This document shows, one piece after another, positions 19,184-28,544 of a stretch of 64,000 bases of DNA. The position numbers and the translations under genes were made by a program. The notes below the pieces were generated by a model, which saw nothing but the letters and a program-made list of their open reading frames with translations, was not told the DNA's origin and did no database searches. This DNA comes from Candidatus Heimdallarchaeota archaeon. Its GTDB lineage: Archaea > Asgardarchaeota > Heimdallarchaeia > Hodarchaeales > Hodarchaeaceae. The DNA lies in NCBI GenBank assembly GCA_020353515.1, contig CP070695.1:2706155-2770154 (forward strand). Direction: 5' to 3'. Every line of letters starts with the position of its first letter. Position 1 is the stretch's first letter.

Positions 19184-20047
19184 ATGGTAAATTTAAATCG
19201 TTTGACATCCTGGACAAGACATTTACGGACTAGACGTGGTAATAGAATTTTCTTACAAGCTGTTAAAATGTTTAAATTCCATATGACACCATTTTCCATA
19301 TTATTACAGAGAATTTGTGAAGTTCTTGAGGAATACGATTCCAAATTTACATTTCCTCTTACAGCATCAACAGCTCAATCTAATCCTATACTAGTCAAAT
19401 GGTTGAAATCATCTCACCATGAAATTGCTATTCATGGATATAAACATGTGCGATATCCTTTTCTTTCTACTAAACACCAATTCTTAGAAATCAAAAAATC
19501 TATCCAAGTTTTTAAGGAATTAAGAATTCCCTTCCAAGGTTTTAGAGCACCATATAACCTATATTCAGAGACGACCAAGGAATTAATAAACAAATTTGGT
19601 TTTAAATGGGATGCAGGAATAGGTTTTCATCGTGATTATAGGAATGGGCACAAATTCTTTAAGATTCGGTTAAAGGATGGAAAAGAATCATCCTACACTT
19701 GTATTCCTTTATGTGAATGGTCTGATGACCGTATGATTGATAATTATAACCTCTCATCAGAAAAAATGGCGAAAATACTGATTTACCATTTAGAAAAAGC
19801 TAGAAAGGTTAATGGACTTATTATGTATGATCTTCATCCAATAAGAATTGGACAAAATCAATATATTCAAAGTTTGAGAAGGTTACTCATTCATGCAAAC
19901 AAGATTGATGCTTGGATTCCAACAATTTCAGAGGCAATAAACTACTGGTCTAAGCATCATCAGTGGAAAGACTCTGCTCCTGTCTGCTGTCTACTAACAG
20001 GAGATATTGATAATTTCACATTTTTTGATTACATAAGAAGAATTTAA
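19184..20047 (+). CDS. Polysaccharide deacetylase (NodB/CE4 family)
   Basis: HEIAIHGYKH, GFRAPY, DLHP; the acidic motif LTGDID appears near the C-terminus. Confidence 0.8.
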   Translation: MVNLNRLTSWTRHLRTRRGNRIFLQAVKMFKFHMTPFSILLQRICEVLEEYDSKFTFPLTASTAQSNPILVKWLKSSHHEIAIHGYKHVRYPFLSTKHQFLEIKKSIQVFKELRIPFQGFRAPYNLYSETTKELINKFGFKWDAGIGFHRDYRNGHKFFKIRLKDGKESSYTCIPLCEWSDDRMIDNYNLSSEKMAKILIYHLEKARKVNGLIMYDLHPIRIGQNQYIQSLRRLLIHANKIDAWIPTISEAINYWSKHHQWKDSAPVCCLLTGDIDNFTFFDYIRRI

Positions 20048-20066
20048 GTTAAATGACTGGTTTAAG

Positions 20067-20558
20067 ATGTCACATTGGTCTATAGGAATAGATATAACAG
20101 ACATAAAACGTTTTAGGGAGTACCCACTGTCAAGACATTCACGTTTCTATGACCGAGTATTTAATGAATATGAATTCAGATATTGTACTGATCATTCTGA
20201 CCCTTATCCCCATTTTGCTGGAATTTTTGCAGCAAAAGAAGCAGTATTCAAAGCAGTGGGAAAATTTTTCCCCCTTTCTTTATTTCAAATTTCCATTCAT
20301 CATGATGAAAAAGGAAGACCCACTGTTTGGCTAGAAAAAAATGATAAAATCCCTCAATTGGAAAATAAATCACAAAAAAACTTTGAGAATCTTGTTGTTC
20401 AAGTCAGTATCACACACTCCAGTGCCCTAGCTATGGCTTGGGCATTGGCATTCTTAAAAACTTCTCAAAATGACACACTAGAGGGATTAGATCGATTGAA
20501 AGGTGAATTACAGAGAGAGATTTGTAATGAGTTCGTCGAACATCGATGTACTTCGTAA
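20067..20558 (+). CDS. acpS: Holo-ACP synthase (AcpS-type 4'-phosphopantetheinyl transferase)
   Basis: IGIDI, FAAKEAVFKA, GRP, VSITHS. Confidence 0.92.
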   Translation: MSHWSIGIDITDIKRFREYPLSRHSRFYDRVFNEYEFRYCTDHSDPYPHFAGIFAAKEAVFKAVGKFFPLSLFQISIHHDEKGRPTVWLEKNDKIPQLENKSQKNFENLVVQVSITHSSALAMAWALAFLKTSQNDTLEGLDRLKGELQREICNEFVEHRCTS

Positions 20559-22383
20559 ACAAGACGAGATACTTGAACTAGTTCGTAAGGAACCAAGTCA
20601 CAGAAATTATTGGAATGTTTACAAGAGGATTGAAAGATTAGATTTTTCTAATGTTAAAATTCCCTCTGAAGAGCGTATTAGCCTTACCTTGATGAGTTCG
20701 TTCACAATTGATCCGTTAGCTATTTATCTTGATATAGATTGTCGTTTAAACGGGCTTTTACCAAAGATTTATGTTGCACCATTTAATCGTTATCATGACG
20801 AGGTTCTTAATAAAAAGAGTGGTCTTTACAAGTCTCAACCAGATGTAGTACTCTTTTTTATTAGAGTAGAATCCTTAGTAGAAGATATTTTTAGAGTTAA
20901 CTATACTCAAATGAATAAAGAACATATAGAATCAGAATTGGATCGGATCATTCATGTGATCAAGCAACCAATAACTTCAATAATTCAACAGAGTGAAGCC
21001 TTAGTCATTTTCAGCAATTTCATCATTCCAACGTTTTCTCCTTTTGGTATTCTGGATAATAAACAAAACATTGGGTTTAAGAGATTCTATCAATTATTGA
21101 ACTTAAAGCTTGAAGAGTCCTTTCGTCAGAATAACCAAGTTTTCATCTTTGATCTAAATGAAGTCGCAAGTATCTATGGTAAAGATAACTATTTGAATCA
21201 TCCAATGAATTATCGCGGTTCAATACTTTTTAATGAATCGTTCTTATCACGTATCTCTTATCGTTTAATGGGATATATAAAAGCATTGAGATCAAAAAAT
21301 CGGAAATGCATTGTCCTTGATTTAGATAACACCCTTTGGGGGGGGATTATCGGAGAGGATGGATTTAAAGGAATCAAACTCAATATAAATTATCCTGGTA
21401 ATGAATTTGTAGATTTTCAAAGAACTATTTTAAGCTTAAACAGAAGAGGTGTCATTTTAGCAATTAATAGCAAAAATAATCTCGAAGATGCTTTAGAAGT
21501 CTTCCAGAAACATCCCTACATGCAAATAAGAGAAAATAACCTTGCAGCTCATCGTATAAATTGGAATGATAAGGTTCAAAACCTTATTGAATTAGCTAAG
21601 GAGATAAACATAGGTTTAGATAGCATTGTATTCATTGATGATAATCCTGTAGAACGTGCACGTGTGCAATCATCTCTTCCAGATGTTCTCGTCATGGATA
21701 TGCCTTCTAGTCCCGCTTTATTTCGTAAAACATTAGAGGGAATGAATGATTTCGATACATTATCGCTTACGGCTGAAGATCTTCAACGTAGTGAAATGTA
21801 TTATGCAAAGCGAAAAAGACACGATCTTGAAGAACATGTTCAAACACTTGAAGAATTCATTAAATCCTTGGAAATTGTTGTAAAAATAAAGAATACAGAT
21901 AAATTTGTACTCCCACGAGTTGCTAGTCTTTTAAACCGGACTAACCAATTTAATTTGACTACTAAACGTTACACTGAGACTGAAGTTCAACAAATGCATG
22001 ATGATCCAGATAAATTTCGTCTTTATACTCTACAAGCACAAGACAAATTTGGTGATGAAGGAATAGTTGGTATTGCTATTATTGAAGTAAAATCTCCAGA
22101 ATATTGGGTTATTGATAGCTTCCTCTTGAGCTGCAGGGTGATTGGTAGAAAAATTGAAACAACATTTCTAAATAAGATAATTAAAGATGCTAAATATTAT
22201 AGTGTGGAAAAGATAGAAGCTAAGTATGTTCCAACGAAAAAAAACTCATTAGTAAATGATTTCTACCTTAATCATGGTTTTCACTTAGCGCAAGAACTGA
22301 ATGGTGGAGAAACACATTGGATACTCCACTCAACTGATTTTAATGTAGTATATCCTAATTACATTCATGTAGTTGAAGAATGA
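20527..22383 (+). CDS. FkbH-like HAD-IIIC phosphatase/glyceryl-ACP transferase
   Basis: KCIVLDLDNTLWGG, SKNN, INWNDK, FIDDNPVER, RTNQFNLTT, DKFGDEG, LLSCRV; ATG at 20527 preferred over GTG at 20503. Confidence 0.93.
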   Translation: MSSSNIDVLRKQDEILELVRKEPSHRNYWNVYKRIERLDFSNVKIPSEERISLTLMSSFTIDPLAIYLDIDCRLNGLLPKIYVAPFNRYHDEVLNKKSGLYKSQPDVVLFFIRVESLVEDIFRVNYTQMNKEHIESELDRIIHVIKQPITSIIQQSEALVIFSNFIIPTFSPFGILDNKQNIGFKRFYQLLNLKLEESFRQNNQVFIFDLNEVASIYGKDNYLNHPMNYRGSILFNESFLSRISYRLMGYIKALRSKNRKCIVLDLDNTLWGGIIGEDGFKGIKLNINYPGNEFVDFQRTILSLNRRGVILAINSKNNLEDALEVFQKHPYMQIRENNLAAHRINWNDKVQNLIELAKEINIGLDSIVFIDDNPVERARVQSSLPDVLVMDMPSSPALFRKTLEGMNDFDTLSLTAEDLQRSEMYYAKRKRHDLEEHVQTLEEFIKSLEIVVKIKNTDKFVLPRVASLLNRTNQFNLTTKRYTETEVQQMHDDPDKFRLYTLQAQDKFGDEGIVGIAIIEVKSPEYWVIDSFLLSCRVIGRKIETTFLNKIIKDAKYYSVEKIEAKYVPTKKNSLVNDFYLNHGFHLAQELNGGETHWILHSTDFNVVYPNYIHVVEE

Positions 22384-22628
22384 TGGCTGATGTGCAAGTT
22401 ATATTTGAAGATGTAATTTCTAAGATACTTTTATTAGAGAATGAGCAAATTAATGACAATGTTTCTAGAGATAATCTTGAAGAGTGGGATTCAATGACTC
22501 ATCTCGCGTTAATTTCAGAGTTAGAACAGGTTTTTGACATCATTCTCTCTGATGATGACGTTACGGAGATTAAAACAATTGGTGATATAAAAAAAACCTT
22601 GAATAAATATGAAATTAAGGTAAAATAG
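22380..22628 (+). CDS. Acyl carrier protein
   Basis: 82 aa, acidic, WDSMTHLALISELEQVFDI (Ppant serine), TIGDI; overlaps the FkbH stop. Confidence 0.92.
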   Translation: MMADVQVIFEDVISKILLLENEQINDNVSRDNLEEWDSMTHLALISELEQVFDIILSDDDVTEIKTIGDIKKTLNKYEIKVK

Positions 22629-22769
22629 TAAACCATCTATAGAGAAGCCAATTAGATAAACCAAAGACTTCTTAATCATCCTGTAATTTATTCTTAATCA
22701 ATTGAGAGAAAAAATGCTTCCATTTTGATTAAGAAAGAAAAGAATCGGGATTGTCAAAAGAAGAATAAA

Positions 22770-23177
22770 TTACTTTTCTAGAAATTCTATAAGATAGCGA
22801 GTGGGTGTCCATACAAAAGCTATTCGACGTCCATTAAAAAGTGCTGAAGGTGTAGGCTTTTGGGCAATAACAGCATGATTTTCTCTAGCTTTTTTCAGCG
22901 CGTCTTCTAGAGAGGGAACCTCAATACAGTAGTGATAAAGGCGATTATTTTGCTTCAAAATGCTATCGATAGGAGATGGTACGTCTAAAGGTTCTACTAA
23001 TTCAAGTAAACAGCTTTCAATTGGTTGTCCATTTATCGCTAGAAGTACCACCCTTACTTTCAATATTTTATCGTCAACAACAGGACTAACCTGCTTCATA
23101 CCCAGAGCTTGAATATGAAATTCTAAAGTTTTTTCTATTGAGGTTACAGCAACACCTACATGGTGTATCTTGGTCAT
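22770..23177 (-). CDS. VOC-family protein (methylmalonyl-CoA epimerase-like)
   Basis: IHHVGVAV, LELVEP, LYHYCIEV, LFNGRRIAF, LIEFLE. Confidence 0.85.
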   Translation of the reverse strand: MTKIHHVGVAVTSIEKTLEFHIQALGMKQVSPVVDDKILKVRVVLLAINGQPIESCLLELVEPLDVPSPIDSILKQNNRLYHYCIEVPSLEDALKKARENHAVIAQKPTPSALFNGRRIAFVWTPTRYLIEFLEK

Positions 23178-23185
23178 AAGCTATT

Positions 23186-23653
23186 TCATCCTTTTGGTGG
23201 TACTTTTTTAGGTCTTGGTAACTCAGAAACTACTCGTGCAGGATTACCTGCAGCGATTTTGAAGTCTGGTATATCCCGATTAACCACAGAACCAGCGGCT
23301 ATAATTGAACCTATGCCAATAGTTACTCCTGGAAGAATAATTGCCCCAGTTCCAATCCAAGCTCCTTGTTTGATGAGTACAGCTTGTGATGGTTGTTTAA
23401 ATATGTTTGTTTGGTGGTGATATGGACTTCCTCCTGAATGGGCTAAAATTGATACCATGGGGCCAACACTGACATCATCCTCAAGAGTAATCAAATGGGG
23501 AAACTCTCCATCAAAAAAAACTAAATTGGCAATATAGACTCGTTTACCAATCTTTACACCACATTTTCGCCATACACTAGCTCTAAATTGGTAAATAGGG
23601 GCAATCCAAGCAAGCATACGAAAAATTCTTCCTAAAGTTCTACCCAAGGACAC
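23186..23653 (-). CDS. Left-handed beta-helix (hexapeptide) acyltransferase
   Basis: GVKIGKRVYI, GAWIGTGAIILPGVTIG, AAGSVV, GNPARV. Confidence 0.9.
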   Translation of the reverse strand: MSLGRTLGRIFRMLAWIAPIYQFRASVWRKCGVKIGKRVYIANLVFFDGEFPHLITLEDDVSVGPMVSILAHSGGSPYHHQTNIFKQPSQAVLIKQGAWIGTGAIILPGVTIGIGSIIAAGSVVNRDIPDFKIAAGNPARVVSELPRPKKVPPKG

Positions 23654-23668
23654 TCAACAACCATTGGT

Positions 23669-24061
23669 TTATTTCTTATTCCAAGAATTTCTCTGAATTG
23701 AAGCAATTTTGATTGAAATCTCTATTAACATATCTATTATCTGTAGGATATTTTTCATTTCTTCTATCTTCTCACAGTCAGCAAGTTTTTGAGCCATAAA
23801 GTTTAATTTTCCAGTTAAAATATCTTGAACCATTTCTCGGGTTTCTGAGAAGGAGTGAGCATGTTCAATTTGCTTAGCTTCATCATCAGAACTCACGTAT
23901 ACAGCTTTTCTACCACATTTCGGACAGAATATTTTTTCACTCTTTTTAAATAAGGGAACTTTGCAGTCTGGGCAGGAATCAGCTAACATTGTTGCCCCTG
24001 AAAGCAACAGGGTGCTCATTTGCTTAATATCGGATGAAGAATTTTCTTTGTCTTTCGACAT
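23669..24061 (-). CDS. Autoantigen p27 (SSSCA1)-family Zn-ribbon protein
   Basis: LLLSGATMLADSCPDCKVPLF...FCPKC. Confidence 0.85.
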   Translation of the reverse strand: MSKDKENSSSDIKQMSTLLLSGATMLADSCPDCKVPLFKKSEKIFCPKCGRKAVYVSSDDEAKQIEHAHSFSETREMVQDILTGKLNFMAQKLADCEKIEEMKNILQIIDMLIEISIKIASIQRNSWNKK

Positions 24062-24082
24062 GTCGAGGACCTTCAATGTTGA

Positions 24083-26665
24083 TCATATTTTTATAGCTGA
24101 TGAACCATCTTTAATGATGTTTTCTTCCTTATAATTTGGTTTTGCCGTATAAATGGTTTTAATATTATGCATTTCCATTAGATCAGGAATAAATCCCTTT
24201 AGGCTTTTTGGGATAAAAATTTTGGTTAGTGGTGCTTTTAGGGAGAAGCCACGATCTTTTTTTACCTTCCAAATAAAGGAGTTAAGTTTGATTAGTTCAT
24301 ACGTACAAGAGTCTTCTACTTTCTGATCCGACCTAGCTTTCGGTAACAACTTTTGATGGATACTATTTCCGGTTTGGTATATGTTTTGGTAGATAAATTC
24401 AGTTACAAAAGGAATAATCGGTGCTAACAACTTAAGAATTCCTTCTAGGATATAATGAAGAGTATAGTGTACACTTTGTGCCTCATTCTGTTCTGATTCT
24501 TCTAGGTTGTATGCACGTGTTTTTACTAATTCAATGTAATGAGAAGCAAAAACATTCCAAACCCAGTTGTAAATATTTTCTGTAGGAATCGAAAAATCGA
24601 GTTGTGAGTAACCCTCCAAACAACGGGAAATAAGAGCGTCTAGACTCCTTAAGATCCATTGATCTGTATGATGCAATGACTTAGGAGGATTTACATTTGG
24701 AAAAGAAGAAATGAATCTCGCAATATTCCATAATTTGGTAATAAACTTAGCATTACCATCTAGTTTTATCAATGAGAAACGCATATCCGAGCCATGGCTA
24801 CCTTGTAAGCACGATGTTAATCTTAGGCAGTCTGCACCGTAATGAAGGTTTGGTCGGGCTTTTTTATTTCCAAATTTTGATGATTTTTCCATTTCTGTTA
24901 TAATTTTCCAACTATTTGGATCAGGTTTAAACATCTCTGGAGTATCTTCGGGTAAAATAGGCGGTTGTAAAAATAGAAGGGGATCAATGCTATTTCCAAG
25001 CGATTTTGACATTTTTCCTCCATATGGATCTCGCACAAGTCCAGAGATCCAAACTTGTTTGAATGCTGGCTTCTTAAAGAGATGATATGCTCTAAGAATT
25101 GAATAATATAACCAAGTTCGGACAATTTCTTTTCCTTGAGGACGGATCGAACATGGATAATTTTGTGAAAAGAATTCTTCATTTTCATCATTAAAAAAAG
25201 TATTTCCGTAATTACATACTATTAATTCTGATATTGAGGAATCGAACCAAGTATCAAAAGTTCGTTCTTCACCAATTGCGTTTTCAAGTGAGGATCCGCA
25301 ATAAAAACAATTCTGAATCGGTGATTTTTCCTTCCATGCTTCATAATAACGCGTCATTTGATCTTCTTGTGGCACATTGGCTGAATGACATTTTGGACAA
25401 TACCATATAGGAATGGATGTTCCATAAAATCTTCTACGACTAATCGCCCAATCCATTGTTATTGACTTAATCCAAGAATCAAGAATGATCTTTGAAGATT
25501 TCGGATAGAATTCCATCTGATCAGCTAGTTTTTCAAGTTCAGGGAGAATTTCTGTCTGTTGTAAGTAATACTCATCCATAGCGATTATTTCAATGGGGGT
25601 CTTTGACCTCCAACATATTGGGATTCTACGTGATGTTGGCCCTGAATCAACCAAGAATTTCTTCTCTTTTAAATCCTTCAATATTGCAATCTGTGTTTCT
25701 TCTACTGTTTTTCCACGGTATATACCTCCTACTTCATTTATACGTCCATCAGCGTTAATCATAGTACTTGGGGAAATCACCCCAAATTCTCGAAGAATTT
25801 TTACATCAGATTTATCACCATAAGCACAGATCATCATGATTCCTGATCCATATTTTGGATTAGCTTCATGATGGGCTTTAATCGGAATTTTTTTCTCAAA
25901 AATGGGAGTAATAGCATTTTTCCCTTGTAAATGGGAATATCTTTCGTCAGATGGGTGAAAAATTATCAGTTCACATGTTGGAATTAACTCTGGACGAGTT
26001 GTTGCAATGATAATAGTTTCGTCTGAGTTTTCAATATCAAATCTTATGTGGTAAAGGGTTGATTCATCGTAACGGTATTCTATCTCTGCATCAGCAATCG
26101 TAGTGCCACAATCAACACACCAATTATTTGGCCGTGTGGCTCTCAATATTTTTTCTTCATGCCATGACTTACAGAACGTACGTTGAGTGTTAAAACGATA
26201 TTCAGGAGAATCTGTTTGATAAAAAATTTCAGGAGAGCCATAAAACGTATTGCAGGATAATCCCATCCATTTCATTACCTGAATCGTATTTTCCTCTGCC
26301 TTATCTAGTTCTCTTTTACAGATTTGAAGGAATTCTTCACGATCAATCTCATGCATGGATATTCCTAGTTCCTGTTCAACCTTTACTTCTACTGGTAGAC
26401 CATTCCGATCTACGCATGCAGGAAAAATTACATTGTAACCTAACATTCTCTGGTAACGTGCTATCATATCTATCTGAGCATAATGAATAGCAAATCCTAT
26501 ATGAGCACGGCCAGAAACATAAGGAGGTGGTGTATCGATTATATAGGTGGGTTTGTCAGGATCATTACAGTATTTATAGACCCCATTTTGTGTCCAGAAC
26601 TTAATGATTTCACGTTCATTGATTGCTTTCCATCGTTTTTGTTTGAGTTTCGGTTTGAATTTCAT
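24083..26665 (-). CDS. valS: Valine--tRNA ligase
   Basis: IDTPPPY, HIGF, DWAISRRRFYG, DTWFDSS, KMSKS. Confidence 0.93.
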   Translation of the reverse strand: MKFKPKLKQKRWKAINEREIIKFWTQNGVYKYCNDPDKPTYIIDTPPPYVSGRAHIGFAIHYAQIDMIARYQRMLGYNVIFPACVDRNGLPVEVKVEQELGISMHEIDREEFLQICKRELDKAEENTIQVMKWMGLSCNTFYGSPEIFYQTDSPEYRFNTQRTFCKSWHEEKILRATRPNNWCVDCGTTIADAEIEYRYDESTLYHIRFDIENSDETIIIATTRPELIPTCELIIFHPSDERYSHLQGKNAITPIFEKKIPIKAHHEANPKYGSGIMMICAYGDKSDVKILREFGVISPSTMINADGRINEVGGIYRGKTVEETQIAILKDLKEKKFLVDSGPTSRRIPICWRSKTPIEIIAMDEYYLQQTEILPELEKLADQMEFYPKSSKIILDSWIKSITMDWAISRRRFYGTSIPIWYCPKCHSANVPQEDQMTRYYEAWKEKSPIQNCFYCGSSLENAIGEERTFDTWFDSSISELIVCNYGNTFFNDENEEFFSQNYPCSIRPQGKEIVRTWLYYSILRAYHLFKKPAFKQVWISGLVRDPYGGKMSKSLGNSIDPLLFLQPPILPEDTPEMFKPDPNSWKIITEMEKSSKFGNKKARPNLHYGADCLRLTSCLQGSHGSDMRFSLIKLDGNAKFITKLWNIARFISSFPNVNPPKSLHHTDQWILRSLDALISRCLEGYSQLDFSIPTENIYNWVWNVFASHYIELVKTRAYNLEESEQNEAQSVHYTLHYILEGILKLLAPIIPFVTEFIYQNIYQTGNSIHQKLLPKARSDQKVEDSCTYELIKLNSFIWKVKKDRGFSLKAPLTKIFIPKSLKGFIPDLMEMHNIKTIYTAKPNYKEENIIKDGSSAIKI

Positions 26666-27093
26666 TCATATATCCTCCATATGGTTTATTCTGTGCAATT
26701 CGAAAGTTACGGGCTCTGTTCGCTCAAAAACAGTAAGAATAGTTGACATATTCGAATCATAGAAATTATCAATGCAAAATGAGTTATATATTAGAATAAG
26801 AAAACAGAAACAGAAAAGTAAGCGGAGAAAATGTGATTTTCCACTAGCTGAAAATGCTAGAAGAAACAACAAAGTGATCCCAGCTGGATATCACTATTTA
26901 TCACCCATTTCAGTTAGTTTAAGGAACCCTTTTTAAACTTTGATTTAGGTACGTCATTAGTATATGTTTTCTATGAAATACAAATCTTTTCCCAGCAATG
27001 GTAGATATTAGAATAAAAAATTGATAATTAGAAATGAATAAAGCTAAATTATTGGAATCTAACCTACAATAATTTCTTTGAGAGAAAAGCTTC

Positions 27094-28179
27094 ATGACTC
27101 CCGATATTCTTGCCGAAGAACAGCTAAAATTAGAGTTAATCCGAGTTCTATCAAAATTTTTTTTGACCCAGATTGAAGAATTAGTAAGAAACCAGACGGG
27201 AGCTTTTTTTCCTGTAGAAAAAATTGAAAATGTGTCGTTAGGAAAGAGATTGGGGAGGCGAAAGGAGCTCCAATTAATGACCGTAGAAGTTGTAGATTCG
27301 TTACAAAATCGAAGGTACGATGTTGACCTTGCTTTCAAATTTCTTCCAGATCCTGAAACGGCAGCAGATGAAGGAAATGGGGCTATGTGGTTAGGGGAAG
27401 TGTTAAAAAATAATGTAAAAGTTCAAACTCCTCAGCTTTTGCATTTTTCTCACGCAAATTCTTTATTAATATATGAAGGTCTTAGAGAACCTCGTGAATT
27501 CTTTGATAGTAAACTTGATCAACCACAAAAGTTCTTTTTAGCAGGAATGGCACTACCATATATTCATGGGATCTTTAAACATAAAGTGGTTGTTGATAGA
27601 TATTTACACTTAATTTCTGGTGTTGTTAAAGGTTTAAATATAGCTTCTGGGGACAAGGATGAGCTTTTTTCGCTTTTTAAAAAAGAATTTCGTCGTATTG
27701 GATTAAGCGATGCTGGTGCAAATTGTTTTGGTGATTATCATCCAGGAAATATAATGTTTAAAGAGCAAGAATCATCAACAAGTAATACTGGAGATCTGAA
27801 AATCGATAGAACGGAAATTTTTCTGATAGATCCTGCATATTTAGATAGAGGGGGAAATGTCGATCGAGCAGAGGATATTGGTACTTTTTTTTCCAAATTC
27901 GCATATAATGATTATTTTCTTACTCAATCGTTTGATAAAACTCTATCTGATTTTGAACTCATCTGTAAAGGATATGATTACACGATCTTTCAAAATGGGA
28001 TCACCTTAGAGGAATTTTATCCTGAAGGTACCACTTTTGACTTTCATATCGCCCTTGGAATATTAATCGATACGATGTTTAAGATGAGAAATCCAAAGTT
28101 CATTAATCCCCAAGCTCGGCTTAACACAAGTTTCGAGGCAGTGTCCTATATCTTGAAAAAACATCCTTTTGAGATCTAA
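27094..28179 (+). CDS. APH/choline-kinase-like phosphotransferase
   Basis: LAFK, GDYHPGNIMF catalytic loop, FLIDP, AEDIG. Confidence 0.65.
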   Translation: MTPDILAEEQLKLELIRVLSKFFLTQIEELVRNQTGAFFPVEKIENVSLGKRLGRRKELQLMTVEVVDSLQNRRYDVDLAFKFLPDPETAADEGNGAMWLGEVLKNNVKVQTPQLLHFSHANSLLIYEGLREPREFFDSKLDQPQKFFLAGMALPYIHGIFKHKVVVDRYLHLISGVVKGLNIASGDKDELFSLFKKEFRRIGLSDAGANCFGDYHPGNIMFKEQESSTSNTGDLKIDRTEIFLIDPAYLDRGGNVDRAEDIGTFFSKFAYNDYFLTQSFDKTLSDFELICKGYDYTIFQNGITLEEFYPEGTTFDFHIALGILIDTMFKMRNPKFINPQARLNTSFEAVSYILKKHPFEI

Positions 28180-28544
28180 AAATTAAAATACAGAAGTAAA
28201 TATTTCAATTTTGAAAATGGCCTTGCAATTATATAGGAGGAGATAAAAAACAAGATAAAAGTTGTATTCAGCTATTTTGTTCAACTGATAGAGAATCTGA
28301 GCATGAAGTAATATTAGATTTAAATTCTTGCTAATTTCCTTTTAATTGCCTTTCTCGATGAGCTCACCTAATGTACGCTAAGGGAAAAAAAAACAGTTAT
28401 AATTACTGGCTTTTAAACAGTTCTTCCACTGGATTTCGCTTTAAAAGGTTACTAGTTTGCATTTAGATGGATTTAAAGAGAATTAATCCAATCCTACAAT
28501 TATATTAGCTTTTTCAAAAGGAGACAGAAGAAGGGGTTTTCATC

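Noticed and set aside
26483-27093. Short ORFs between valS and the kinase-like gene
   Set aside because: Non-ATG or overlapping, with biased composition; probably a divergent promoter region
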